In this document: positions 14,113-25,799 of the stretch, one piece after another
Layout of the letters: every line of letters starts with the position of its first letter
Position numbering within the stretch: the stretch's first letter is position 1
Assembly: GCF_963921235.1 (NCBI RefSeq)
Contig: NC_086108.1
Span: 56,050,001-56,114,000, forward strand
DNA: 64,000 nt
Origin: Mobula hypostoma
Taxonomy: Eukaryota
Reading direction: 5' to 3'
Notes under the pieces: model-generated
The model's input: the letters and a program-made list of their open reading frames with translations, nothing else
What the model was told of the DNA's origin: nothing
Database searches by the model: none
Position numbers and translations under genes: made by a program

Positions 14113-15155
14113 TCAGAATCAGAATCTGACATGCGTCCTGAAATCTGTTGTTTTGCAGCAGTAATGCATAATAATTAAAAACTACAAATTACAATAACAA
14201 ACACATAGGAGAAGGAGAAGATGGTGGCACGATGCAGCATGCAGCGGCCACTCCAGAATGAATATCTGTCAAGTAGGGTGCCGTGCACAATCCTGATTTG
14301 ATGGAGACGGACGTGAGAGTACGGAGGAACATCTGGTGAAACTTCTGAAATGCCTGTTTCACTGCTGCTGCTACTGTGTGATCCTGAATCTCTGGAGGGG
14401 AAGGCCCCGAGTCCTTGGCTTTGCTTGTTGCTCGGCGGCCGGGGCAGGATCGAAACGCTCGGCAGAGATGGTGCTCAGTGCTCTGTCTCGGAGGGCTGGT
14501 CAGAGGCTCAAAGTTTTCGGACGGACTCAGAGTCGGCTGTGGTCGGGTGCTTCCAGGGTGCTGCATCGGCAAGTTTGCAGCGCTGAAGGTTCATGGCGGG
14601 AGAGTTTCTCCCTTCTACCGTCTGCGTGAGATGTTGGGCTATCGGGACTTTGAGACTTTTTTTACTGTGCCCATGGTCTTTTCTTTATCAAATTACGGTA
14701 TTGCTTTGCACTGTTGTAACTATATGTTATAATTATGTGGTTTTTGTCAGTTTTAGTCTTAGTCTGTCCTGTGTTTCTGTGATATCATACTGGAGGAACA
14801 TTGTATCATTTCTCAATGCATGCATTTCTAAATGACTATAAATGAGGACTGAGTGTCCTCGTAATTTAATATTAAAAAAATTAAATTAGATAAGTAGTGG
14901 AAAAAGAGAAAAAAAATTACTGAGGTAGCATCCGTGGGTTCAGAAGTCTGATGTCGAAGGGGAAGAAGTTGTTCCTGAAATGTTGAGTGCATGTCTTCAG
15001 GCTCTTGTATCTCTACCTTGGTGGTATTAATGAGAAGAGGGTATGTCCTGGATGATGGGGCCCCTTAATGATGGATACTGCTAGTTTAAGACATTGCCTT
15101 TTGACGGTGTCCAGGATGCTGGGGAGGCTAATGCCCATGATGGAGCCGACTGGGA
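14113..15155 (-). mobile_element. Rex1/Babar LINE 3' fragment nested in the hAT element
   Basis: (ATCAGA)n tail at 14112-14128. Reverse-strand IIKGPHHPGHTLFSLIP in ORF 15013..15441. Itself interrupted at about 14208-14870. Confidence 0.78.
14208..14870 (+). mobile_element. GC/CpG-rich non-coding retroposon-like insert (unclassified SINE-like)
   Basis: Sharp compositional shift with retained CpGs, a LINE-like 3' end (tgcatgcatttctaaatgactataaa) with a terminal gaggac-tgagt-gtcctc hairpin. The host Rex tail resumes on both sides. Confidence 0.6.
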
Positions 15156-15569
15156 TTACATCTGAGACTGCTCCTGAGTGACATTCAGCCTGATGTTGAG
15201 AAGCTGATATCACTGCACCAAGCCCATCCATCTCATTGAAAGGTGAAAACGCAACGAAGTAGTGAATAGTTGGACTATTAATGAATGCTCTAAAATTATT
15301 GATGGAAATTGCTTTTACTGTAATTAAATAAATAATTTTATTTCTAGCTTTAAATATATTTGAATATTTTTTGCAATTACTTGTCACTGCTTTGAAATTG
15401 GAGTTCCTGTTTTTTTTCCACTGTGCATCATAAATCAACATTCTTTATAGGTTTTATATGACGGCCAGAAAGGGTTTATTCACTGAGGGTAAAACTCAAA
15501 GATAAGAAAGAAGCAATAACTCTGACACGATTATATTACAGAACTCCCAATAGTCATTGGGGCTTTGAA

Positions 15570-16950
15570 GAACAGATATGCAGACAGGTAGGGAAAGGTG
15601 TAAAAAGATGTAAAAACAAAATAACTTCCCTATGTACCTCCTCAATGCTAAGAGTGTAGTTGGGGCAAAATTTGCAAGGGGTATCCAGGAGGGTTTCTTA
15701 AATCAATATGTATATAGTACTGGGAGAGAAATGACCTTACTTTGTTGGGTCATTAGCCAAGCCAGGTGATTGATCTTTCAATGGGAGAATGGTTAAGGAA
15801 TAGTAATTACAACTCCTTAATTTTTAAGATAGCTATATATAAAGAGAAATATCAATTTTAAGGGAGTGTATTAATTTGGAGCAGGGAAAATTGCAAGTAT
15901 ATTAGACAGGAACTAGGAAGACTTAATTAGGAAGAGTTGTTTTTTGGCAAGACCCAAATGGAGGGCACTTAAAGGTCAGCTGCACAGAGTAGAGTTCCAG
16001 TAAGAGGGAAAGACCTGGATGAAAATGTAAATGGGTAGGTTAGTAAGTTTTCAGGCTACATGAAGATTGGTAGTGTTATGGGTACTTTACAAGTCTGCAA
16101 AAGGATACAGCGGGATGTAGATCAGTTGCAGATATTGGGAGAAAAATTGCAGATGGAGTTAAACCTGGCAAATGTGAAGCATTGCACTTGGGGAAATCAA
16201 ATGTAAAGAAAGAATACAATATTAATGGCAGGACTTTTAACAGTGTTGAAGTACAGAGGGATCCTGGGATCCAAGTTCATGGCTCCCTGAAAGAAGCTGC
16301 ACAAGTTGAAAGGGCGATTAAGAAGCCAAATCGCATGTTTGGCTTTATTAGTCAAAGAACTGAGTTCAAGAATCAGGAGGTTATGTTGCCACTAAAAACT
16401 CTAGTCAGGCGGTATCTGGAGTATCAGTTGCTCCATTATAGGAAGGATGTAGAGGCTTTGGAGAAGGCACAGAAGAAGATTACCAGGACGATATCTGGAT
16501 TAGAGGGTGATTACTGTAAGGAGAGATTGTACAACTTGTGTTGTTTTCTCTGGAGCGGCAGAGGTAGACGGGGATGTAATAGAAGTTTATACAATTGTGA
16601 GAGGCATAGATAGTACAGATGCCCAGTTTATTTTTCTCCAGTATGATGTGACCAGTACCAAAGGCCGCACTTTTAAGGTGAAAGGGATAAATTCAGAAAA
16701 GATATGCAGGACAAGTATTTTTCATAGAGTGGTGGGTGGCTGGAGTGTGCTGCTTGGTCTGGTGGTGGAAGCAAATATAGGAGAGATGCTCAAAAGGCTC
16801 TGAGACAGACACATGAATGTGCAGACAATGAAAGGATGTGGACATTGTCTCAGCTTAGTTGAGCATTTGATTATTAACTTAGTTAGTTCGGCAAAACCTC
16901 ATTGTGGTCCGAAGGTCCGTTTCTTGTGCTGTTCTGTTCCATGTTCTATG
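15570..16950 (+). mobile_element. CR1 LINE, degraded and internally deleted
   Basis: ORFs 16182..16613 and 16507..16803 carry CR1 RT C-terminal motifs (MHLG, RDPGIQV, KTLVRRYLEY, GDVIEVY). Tail tgttccatgttctatgt. Confidence 0.88.
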
Positions 16951-17387
16951 TTGCCCCAGTGGATTGCATGCTAGGATTTTAATGGAAGTGGCTGCAGAGA
17001 TAGTTGACAATTGATTGTAAAATTTCATAACTTACTAAACTCCAGGAGGGCATAAAGGGGTTTTATTGCATTTATATAGATTGTGTTGAGACCTCATCTG
17101 GAGTATAGTCCTAGTACCCTTACCTAAAAATAAATTAATAACATTGGAGGCAGTACAAAAGAGATTTACCTGCTAATTCCTGGGATGAGAGGATTGTTCA
17201 ATCAAGGGAGATTAAATTGTTTGAGTCTGTATTCGTTAAAATGTGGAAGAATGACGGGTGAACTTGTCAAAACATACAACATCCTAAGGGAGCTTAACAT
17301 GGTAGAGTGTGGAATGTTTTTGATTATGTTTTGTAACTCCAAAACATAAAGCTAATTGTGAGGGAAAAAAAAGGTGGGAGTTTAGGA

Positions 17388-17744
17388 CACAAACGCGAGG
17401 AAATCTGCAGATGCTGGAATTTCAAGTAACACACATAAAAGTTGCTGGTGAACGCAGCAGGCCAGGCAGCATCTCTAGGAAGAGATACAGTTGATGTTTT
17501 GGGCCGAGACCCTTTGTCAGGACTAACTGAAAGAAGAGATAGTAAGAGATTTGAAAATGGGAGTCCCTCCTGTCTTCTCCTATCATTTTGGATCGCCCCC
17601 TCCCCCTCCCACTTTCAAACCTCTTACTATCTCTTCTTTCAGTTAGTCCTGACGAAGGGTCTCGGCCCGAAACGTCGACTGTACCTCTTCCTAGAGATGC
17701 TGCCTGGCCTGCTGCGTTCACCAGCAACTTGTATGTGTGTTGCT
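17388..17744. mobile_element. Penelope fold-back insertion (arms about 17425-17563 and 17606-17744) with 12-bp TSD
   Basis: The arms are near-perfect reverse complements. TSD gggagtttagga / gggagttcagga. A 37-bp extension is present on one arm only. Confidence 0.92.
17645..17680 (+). ncRNA. Minimal type I hammerhead ribozyme motif, intact, on the SGIP1 sense strand
   Basis: agtc-CTGACGA-a-gggt-ctcg-gccc-GAAA-cg-TC|gact. Stem I agtc/gact, stem II gggt/gccc, palindromic ACGT mini-stem III. Predicted cleavage after C17676. Confidence 0.8.
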
Positions 17745-17916
17745 GGGAGTTCAGGAAACTTATTTTAGTTTGGTTTTTACTTTAATCAAGGCGCGTACAT
17801 ATGTGGTGGCATGATGGCACATGCAATTCGTACGCTCTCAGATACTGTAAAACCCATGATGCATTGTGTAAACAACAAAGGATACTTAATCAAACAATAT
17901 ATTGACGATATACTCA

Positions 17917-18052
17917 GGTCCTGCTGAAGGGTCTCGGCCCAAAACATCGACTGTACTTTTTTCCATAGATGCTGCCTGGCCTACTAAGTTCCTCCAGCAT
18001 TTTGTATGTGTTGCTTGGATTTCCAGCATATGCAGATTTTCTCTTGTTTGTG
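17917..18052 (+). mobile_element. Penelope terminal-repeat fragment with mutated hammerhead core
   Basis: ctgctgaagggtctcggcccaaaacatcgact...ttccagcatatgcagattttctcttgtttgtg, with a degenerate duplication of about 21 bp on the flanks (17896-17916 and 18053-18074). Confidence 0.85.
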
Positions 18053-18180
18053 ACTATATTTACAATATTACTCAAATGTTACTAAATATTAAATGCGCAA
18101 CAGTTTTCACTTGTGGGAGAGTTATGTACAAAGGACCATAACTATGAGATAAAGAGCTGGTCAGTTAAAATTGAGGAATG

Positions 18181-19021
18181 CAGTGGAATCCAGTTAACTG
18201 GGCCATCATTCAATTGGGGCAGCCACTTATTTGGGACAAAACTTAAAGAACAAAGACGAATCAAAAAAATTCCCAGAATTCCCTTCATTTATTTGGGACA
18301 CTATGACACTTAATTGGGATGGGAGACTGTTGCTGAAGAGTGTTTCACTAGCATCAGTTGCATGCACTTGTGTGGCCGTTAGACACCACATCATGTGTAG
18401 AGAAAACAGTTTTTAAATAGCGTCAGTTGTGTGTTCATTTCCAAAATGCAGTGCTTTTTGTCACTGATACAGTAGTTGGCGTTAAATAAGCAGTAAGACA
18501 TTTCAGAACGGTTTTGCTCACTGTGATTTCAATCGTTGAGGCCAGAAACAGCCAGGAATAAAAATGAAACAATTTCAGTACTTTAATGTTAGTAACTGCA
18601 GAGAATTTGAAGGTATCAACAGTCATATTGAATGTTACAATGAAAATGAAGAATTGGAAGATGCAGTAATTGAAAGCATTTTACAAAGGCAGTCCATTAT
18701 CCGCACTAGGTGTTTGTGCTGTTTTTATTCATTTACAATCAATTAAAAGAACACAGCAGCGTACTGTTGATGACTGTTAGGAACTAATACAGTTTTATAG
18801 TACTGTAGTAGTATTTTATTGTTCCAATTTGTTCTATATTTCATTTAAATATATGATTTGTTGTTCAGTTAAATGGTAGGTTTTTTGTACCTTTTTAACA
18901 ATTTCCATGAAACTTCGGCTAAGTTTGCATCTCTAAGTAATTTCATATTCCTCTCATTCCGAATACATTGAGCCAAAATGTAGCAGGAGTCCCATGGTTC
19001 TGACTAGCCGAAAGTCAACTG
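18181..19021 (+). mobile_element. Tigger/pogo-like non-autonomous DNA transposon (degraded)
   Basis: TIR-like cagtggaatccagttaactggg at the left and a degenerate inverse at the right. Acidic C-terminal remnant ECYNENEELEDAVIESI. Confidence 0.6.
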
Positions 19022-19710
19022 TGTCAGTATCTGCGAGCAACAAAAGTGAGATTCGTAGTGGGTTTAGTCAGAAAGATTGACGTCAATACACTAACAATTG
19101 CTATTCAACTGCAACAGATGAAGCACTTGTGTGCAAGATCATTTGGACGTCCCCAAACCATCTGCAAAAAGCTGAATTTGATTTTTTTCCTGCTGCTGAT
19201 CAAGTGAGAGCAATTTGTGCAATATTGCATTTACTACTTAGGAAGTCAAACAATACATACCTTTGAATGCTGGCGGCTGGCTTCATTACATTGGGCAATA
19301 TCAGCAAATTTAATTAACCCTAGTAACTGCGAAAGAAACTATTTTATAGGACTACTTTAATTTATGAATGTAATAAGGTTTTAAGATAGAAACCAAGAAA
19401 ACAGTCATAGGAATATGCCATGTGGTCTTCTGAGATTGCTTGGCCGTTTAATACAATCAAGGCTGATCCTCTGCCTCAATAACATCAGTTCCCGCTGTCT
19501 CCTCCCTTGTATGCCTTGATGTACTTTTCTGTTCAGAAATATATATGACTCATGTTTAGCTATATTTTAGTGACATGACTTCTACCTGTTGTTGTAAGAG
19601 AATCAGGTTATCTAACTCTGTTTTAAATATTTCTAATGATCCAGCCTGCACAACTCTCTAGGACAGAGAATTCCAAAGATTTATCACCCTCTGTGAAAAG
19701 AAATTCAGTA

Positions 19711-20840
19711 CAGTGGATTCTGATTAATTGGGACACACCGGAACCAGTATATTTTGGCCCAATTAAGTGGCTTTGTTGAAATAGTATCATTTTATAATTC
19801 ATAATTATATTGCAGCAAGTGAATTATTGATAGGATGTTTCTATTAAGAAGTAACACATCCTTCTCAGTAATCAAGAGGCATAGGGGGAAAATTTGGAAC
19901 AAATTTCTAGCATTAACTGTTTTCTTTATATTAAAAAGTAAATAACAAAATCTTGTTGATATCAAATTTGGAATGATCTTTTGACCAATGCTGTTTGTGC
20001 ATTTCTCAATATTTGGAAAATAATAAATATTTTGAGAGTTATAATTCAAACAGTTCTGCCAATGTGGCAATCCACAGAAAAAGGGTTTAACTGATTCATG
20101 AATATCAAGAAACAACAACAGACTGGCAACCCAATCACAAACAAGAGAAAATCTGCAGATGCTGGAAACCCAAGAAATGTCAACTGTACTCTTTTCCATA
20201 GACGCTGCCTGGCCTGCTGAGTTCCTCCAGCATTTTCTGTGTGTAGAACAGACTGGCAGGGGCTCCCCTCCCTTTTCTGATCTTTCCTAGATCTTGCACT
20301 GAAGTACATTTTGCGGTAAGATTTTTAAGCTGTGCCTAGTCATTGGCACAGAGGGTTGTGGAGAGCTGCAGATAATTCATGGTTGGTGTCTTTGTTACAG
20401 ATGACGTGACTATATCAAGACAGTGCAGAAAGGGTTCCTTATTATCTCCCCGGCAGCGTGATCAGTGACTCATACAAGGTTACAGATGAGAACTGCTGGC
20501 AGCTTGCCAGCACTTTATTCGAGGAGTAATAATCTGGATAATGGATGTTTGAAAGCTCTCCTTCTGTGACAGATTTCCCTATAAATCCTTTTTAATGTTC
20601 AAGCACAACATTCTGCTTCCAGGAGAGATCACCGATTAAGATCAACAATGGTTCCGGGATTGCCATTCCCTGAAAATATTTAAACTCAAATCTTACGAGC
20701 TTTATGTGTTGAACTTCAAAATCACCCTTTGAATCAGGAAGCAATAACCAAATTAATGTGACAAAAGAAAACAATATCTCCTAATTAAGTAGGCAACGTA
20801 ATTTTAGATAGCTGCCCAGATGAAAGATGGGGCATTTAAA
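19711..20840 (-). mobile_element. Tigger/pogo-like transposon remnant
   Basis: ta-cagtggattctgattaattgggac terminus related to the one at 18181. Reverse-strand YFPN...SIGQKIIPNL resembles the DDE_1 FLPPN...QPLDQGII motif. Confidence 0.5.
20134..20245. mobile_element. Short bipartite Penelope insertion (inverted tail plus direct repeat segment) with 12-bp TSD
   Basis: acaaacaagagaaaatctgcagatgctgg (minus orientation) is joined to gaaatgtcaactg...ccagcattttctgtgtgt (plus orientation). aacagactggca occurs at 20117-20128 and 20247-20258. Confidence 0.85.
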
Positions 20841-21035
20841 AAGAGTAAAGGACTTGCCTGCTCCTCTTCTGCTACCACCAGTCTTCCAGCAATTTTATCT
20901 TGCAGATGGATGAGATCCTTCCCCAGGCCTGAGGAACATTTTGGCACAAATGCTTGACAGTGGTTGGTTTCACTCTGTCCAGAGGCTCATGGCATTTAGA
21001 TACTTATTGGTGTGAAGATTGAACCAGCAACTTGT

Positions 21036-21612
21036 GTTTTCGATTTTACATGCTAAGATCTAAGCATGCTTAAGTTTAGAACTTTAACTGGAACCTTAAC
21101 TGGTTCCTTAATGTTGCTATAGCTGAGAAGGATAGTGGGATAAGCTCCTACTACCTATGAAATGCCCCATATAGTCTCTGACAACCAAGATCAGCTCTTA
21201 GCCTTCACACGTGGCTTAGCTACTAAGTCCAGTGGAACCATTTCTACTGACAGGAGAAGGGGCAAATGCAGGTTACTGAGATCTTAAAATTAATTGCCTC
21301 AGGCGGATAGGGCTCAGCAGCCATGGTCAGCAGTTGACCTAGCAGAAGGAAAATTCTGATCTCAAACCTCTGCTGCCTTGTGGCTATACCCGCTCATGGA
21401 GATGGCTTTGGAAGCCGGAGGCCTGCAATGCTGCTGGTGCAAACTGTATCCGTCTCCGCCGTTCCTTTGGGTACTATATGGGGCATTTCACAGGTAGTAG
21501 GAGCTTATCCCACTATCCTTCCCAGCTATGACAACATTAAGGAACCAGTTAAGGTTCCGGTTAAAGTGCTAAACTTAAGCATGCTTAGACCTTAGCATGC
21601 AAAACTGAAAAC
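21036..21612. repeat. 140-bp inverted repeat (21036-21175 / 21473-21612)
   Basis: The arms are reverse complements with few mismatches. The right arm abuts the 5' end of a LINE. Confidence 0.92.
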
Positions 21613-22690
21613 CCTCTCCCTTTCTCTTCAGCATTTACACCTTGGACTTCAACTACTACACAGAGTCTTGTCATCTTCAGAAGTTTTCGGATGACTGTGC
21701 CATAGTTGGATACATCCGCAAGGGAGATGAGGCTGAGTACAGGGCTATGGTAGGAAACTTTATCACATGGTGTGAGCAGAATTATCTGCAGCTTAACGTG
21801 AAAAAGACTAAGGAGCTGGTGGTAGACCTGAGGAGAGCTAAGGTACCGGTGACCCCTGTTTCCATCCAGGGCGTCAGTGTGGACATAGTGGAGGATTACA
21901 AATACCTGGGGATATGAATTGACAATAAACTGGACTGGTCAAAGAACACTGAGGCTGTCTACAAGAAGGGTCAGAGCCATCTCTATTTCCTGAGGAGACT
22001 GAGGTCCTTTAACATCTGCCGGACGATGCTGAGGATGTTCTACGAGTCTGTGGTGGCCAGTGCAGTCGTGTTTGCTGTTGTGTGCTGGGGCAGCAGGCTG
22101 AGGGTAGCAGACACCAATGGAATCAACAAACTCATTCGTAAGGCCAGTGATGTTGTGGGGATGGAACTAGACTCTCTCACGGTGATGTCTGAAAAGAGGA
22201 TGCTGTCTAAGTTGCGTGCCATCTTGGTCAATGTCTCCCATCCACTACATAATGTACTGGGTGGGCACAGGAGTACATTCAGCCAGAGACTCATTCCACC
22301 GAGATGCAACACAGAGCGTCATAGGAAGTCATTCCTGCCTGTGGCCATCAAACTTTACAATTCCTCCCTTGGAGGGTCAGACACCCTGAGCCAATAGGCT
22401 GGTCCTGGACTTATTTCATAATTTACTGGCATAATTTACATATTACTATTTAACTATTTATGGTTCTATTACTATTTATTACTTATGGTGCAACTGTAAC
22501 GAAAATCAATTTCCCCCGGGATCAATAAAGTATGACTATGACTATAACTATGATTATGACATCAGCTGCACGGAGAGGGGGAGCCTGCTGCATGGGCTTG
22601 TTCTCCATATCATCCTGCCCTGGCTTGCGTATCATGTCGACGGCTAGGAGGCAACATCCATAGTCGAACCCAACCAGTGGAGGTCCTCAG
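21120..22690 (+). mobile_element. SINE-like element (possibly RTE-related), split by the 21473-22558 insertion
   Basis: GC-richer non-coding block at 21120-21470 that appears to continue at 22560-22690. Family not certain. Confidence 0.45.
21615..22558 (+). mobile_element. 5'-truncated young Rex1/Babar-type LINE (RT C-terminal half) with (TATGAC)n tail
   Basis: ORFs 21642..21917 (KFSDD, LNVKKTKELVVD, YKYLG) and 22026..22397 (HPLH, RKSFLPVAIKLYN), followed by aataaa and a microsatellite tail. Confidence 0.92.
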
Positions 22691-22724
22691 ATGATTATGG
22701 CACTCAAGCATTCAACCAACAAAC

Positions 22725-25050
22725 AGGCAAGTGACGATGAGCACTTGAGGAACTGAGTGCCATAATCAGTAACAATGAAACAGCATATCCTGATGTCGGT
22801 CACATTGTAGTTGCAGACTTAAATCAGGCTAGCTTGTAGAAGTCTCTGTCTAATTATGATCACATCACCTGCATAACCAGAGGACCCAACAGATTTGACT
22901 GCTGCTCTAGCAACATCAAGCACGCCCACTGCTCTATCTCTCACCTGCATCTGGGTAAATCTGGTCACCTGGCTCTGCTTCCTCAGCTTGCGAAGAGGAT
23001 TATGAAGAGCTGTGCGGCAGAGGAGGAGGAGGAGGAGTGAATTCAAGACTTCTTTGTGTCAGTGGACTGGACAATAGTCAACGATTCATTAGCGAACCTA
23101 AACTAAATGAATATGTTGCAATTGTCACCAACTTCTTAAGGATATGCAACTAGTGTGTGACCACAAAGACATTCCGAGTCTTCTCCAACCTGAAACTGGG
23201 ATGAACCAAGAGACCTATAATCTGTTGAGGGCTAAACTGGACTGAACTGGAATTACTATTGATGCTTGACAGCTAAGACAGGGCTTGGACAATATAACTT
23301 CCTACAAAGCAAGATTAGGTAATATAAGCAGCAAGACACATCATTCCCAGATGAACTCAGTATCTTTTATATACACTTTCATAGGGAGAGCTATGACACA
23401 TGAGCCACCACATCTCTGTATGACCCGTAATCTGAGTCTTTGAGGCTGAACAACTAAAAAAACTTGGGCCTCTGCACCTCCCTCTGAAAATAGATACTTG
23501 AGTTCTTCATTGCAGACCTCAGTCAGTGAGGATTGGGAACATCTCCCCCTCACTGACCAGCAACACAGATGCCCTCAAGTCTGCATGCTTACATATGATT
23601 GCATGACTAATTACAGATCCAATGCCAGATACAAATCTAGGGTGGTGATGAGTCAGCATATAGAAACGTAGCAAAGCTGGTTCAGTTGTTCCACAGCAAC
23701 AACCTTTCACTCAATGTCAGTAAAACTAAAGAATTGATTGTTATCTTCAGGAAAGGGGGAAACATAGAAACATAGAAAACCTACAGCACAATACAGGTCC
23801 TTCGGCACACAAAGCTGTGCCGAACATGTGCTTTACTTTAGAAATTACCTCGGTTTACCCATAGCTCTCTATTTTTCTAAGCTCCATGTACCTATCCAGG
23901 AGTCTCTTAAAAGACCCTATTGTATCCACTTCCACTACCATTGTCAGCAGCCCATTCCACACACTCAACACTCTCTACATAAAAAATTTACCTCTGACAT
24001 CTCCTCTTTATCTACTTCCAAGCACCTTAAAACTGTGCCCTCTCGTGCTAGCCATTTCAGCCCTGGGAAAAAGCCTCTGACTATCCACACAATCAATGCC
24101 TCTCATCATCTTGTACACCTCTATTAGGTCACATCTCATCCTCTGTCGCTCCAAGGAAAAAAGGCAGAGTTCACTCAACCTATTCTGATAACGCACGCTC
24201 CCCAATCCAGGCAACTTCCTTGTAAATTCCTGGCAACATCCTTGTGAAGTGAAACAAATATGTGCCGGTCTACATTGGTGGATCACTAGTTGAGAGAGTC
24301 AGCAGCTATAAATTCCGGGGTATTAACATATCAGATGACCTGTCCTGAGCCCGGTTGATGCTGTCACAAAGACAGTGTCTTGACTTAGAAGTTAAGAAAG
24401 ATTGACATGTCACTAACAAACTTCTACTAATCCTGTTGAAAGTACACTAACTGGTTGCAACGTCAACAATTCCTTTCTTCCCACACTGATGCTGCTCGAC
24501 CCTCGATGAGTTCCTCCAGCAGCTTGCGAGTAACAGGTCGGGTACAACAATTCAAATGCACAGGAACGTAACAGGCTGCAAAGAGTATAGACTCAGCCCA
24601 GTTCATTGTGGGCCCATCCCTCGCCATCATCAAAAATGTTCACATGAGGTGCTGCCTCAAGAAGGCAACGATCATTAAAGATCCCCAGCACGAAAGCCAT
24701 GCCATCTTCTCTCAGCAATTATCAGGCAGAAGATGTAGAAGCCTGAAGCTGCACACCACAAGTTCAAGAGCAGCTACTTTCCTTCATCCAACCAGTCTTC
24801 ATAACTCTCATCACCATCTCTGAATAGCAACACTTGTGACCACTATTAACATCTTGCACTACAATAGGCTGGTTTTTGTACTAATTGTGTACTTTCTTGT
24901 ATAAGATTATATAATTTAAGTTTAGTTTGTGTTTCTTTTGCAGGTGTTATGCATCTGATTGCAGTGCCTGCAATGCTGCTGCATGTTTGTCATTGCACCT
25001 GTGCATGCATGTACTTGGGCCTATGACAATAAACTTGACCTTGACTTTGG
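22725..25050 (+). mobile_element. Old Rex1/Babar LINE with deletions, interrupted by a CR1
   Basis: Endonuclease remnant (VVADLNQA), LNVSKTKELIV, IIKDPQH...SGRRCRSL and a (CTTGAC)n tail. Confidence 0.72.
23760..24245 (-). mobile_element. Young CR1 3' end with (TTTCTATG)n tail
   Basis: ORF 24008..24286 (LFSLERQRMRCDLIEVYKMMRG...TRGHSFK). Very similar to 34560-35040. Confidence 0.93.
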
Positions 25051-25799
25051 TTAGCCATTACACTCTGTTACATCAGGAAGGCAGGGCCCTTTCCTTGCCA
25101 GCCAAAACTACCCAGAGGCAGCACCCAGGGTAGAAGAGGGCCTGTAAAATCCAAACATAAATGTTGGGATATCATGCCCCAACCCAAAGCAGTTACCTGT
25201 GCCAGGAACCATAGTCTGAATTTAAGCTACCTCTCGCCAATTAGCTGTAATTTTACCAGCTTTGTCTGCACTGTATTAAGTTCTTTCTCCGTGGAAGTAT
25301 TCTGACCTTTAAATCAGAAGCATGCCTGGGAAATCACCTAGTTAATCTGGAATCTTAAATAACATATAATAATTACTGGCTTCAAGGACTTCAGAGCAAA
25401 TTCCACACCCCTGCAAACAGAAAGGACTGTGCTCAGACCCAAGCCTATGCATGTCACGGGTTAGAATCCGCAGCATGTATGCCCGATCAATGTCAGCTAA
25501 CAGCAAATACTCCAGAAATGCAACAGTGTGGATTAAAGCTGGAATCCAGAGGCTTGAACTCAAAAATCTAAGCCACACTTCAGTCCAAATACTTTTGAGT
25601 TTTCATTCCCGGCCTAGCTCACTGAGATGGAATTCAGACATCCTTTCTCTTGTACACAGCCTCTATCAAAGGCAATACAAATTACATCAATTTCCAGCCA
25701 GTAGTGAAACTATAGTAGGAGCCAGGTGTCTATTTTCTGTTTGTGTTGTTTTTTGTGTTGCGTATGTTGTGGGTTACAGTAATTTGTCATGTGGGGTGG

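Larger units (their letters stand above)
11668..15475 (+). mobile_element. hAT (Charlie/Buster, ZBED5/SCAND3-like) transposon with pseudogenised transposase and nested insertions
   Basis: Left TIR cagtggttcccaaagtgg at 11668. Transposase remnants KKCRQYSVEYLKYG, IPLSDNSV, IHCVIHRQ, HTQVRWLSKG, and C-terminus KHGD|LRLLLSDIQPDVEKLISLHQAHPSH* split by an insertion at about 14113-15160. Right TIR not found. Confidence 0.88.
17321..18102 (-). mobile_element. Solo LTR of the same Gypsy family as 33269-37827, carrying two Penelope insertions
   Basis: TG...CA ends and 5-bp TSD gtttt (17316-17320 and 18103-18107). Its reverse complement aligns by eye to LTR 33269-33516 once the inserts are removed. 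Confidence 0.88.
16955..18180 (+). mobile_element. CR1 LINE fragment split by a solo LTR
   Basis: LLRPHLEY and GELVKTYNIL remnants. CR1 sequence resumes after 18102 (gttttcacttgtgggagag). Confidence 0.7.

Noticed and set aside
14189..14835. Five overlapping ORFs in a GC-rich block
   Set aside because: Stop-poor GC-rich retroposon sequence with no coherent protein in any frame.
17422..17785. Near-identical ORFs on both strands (MLVNAAGQAASLGR...), also at 48693, 54227/54646 and 61224
   Set aside because: These are artefacts of the Penelope inverted repeats, not protein genes.
21036..21612. MITE interpretation of the 140-bp inverted repeat
   Set aside because: No TSD, the arm spans a boundary between flank and another element, and it abuts a LINE 5' end. 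Reported instead as a templated inversion.
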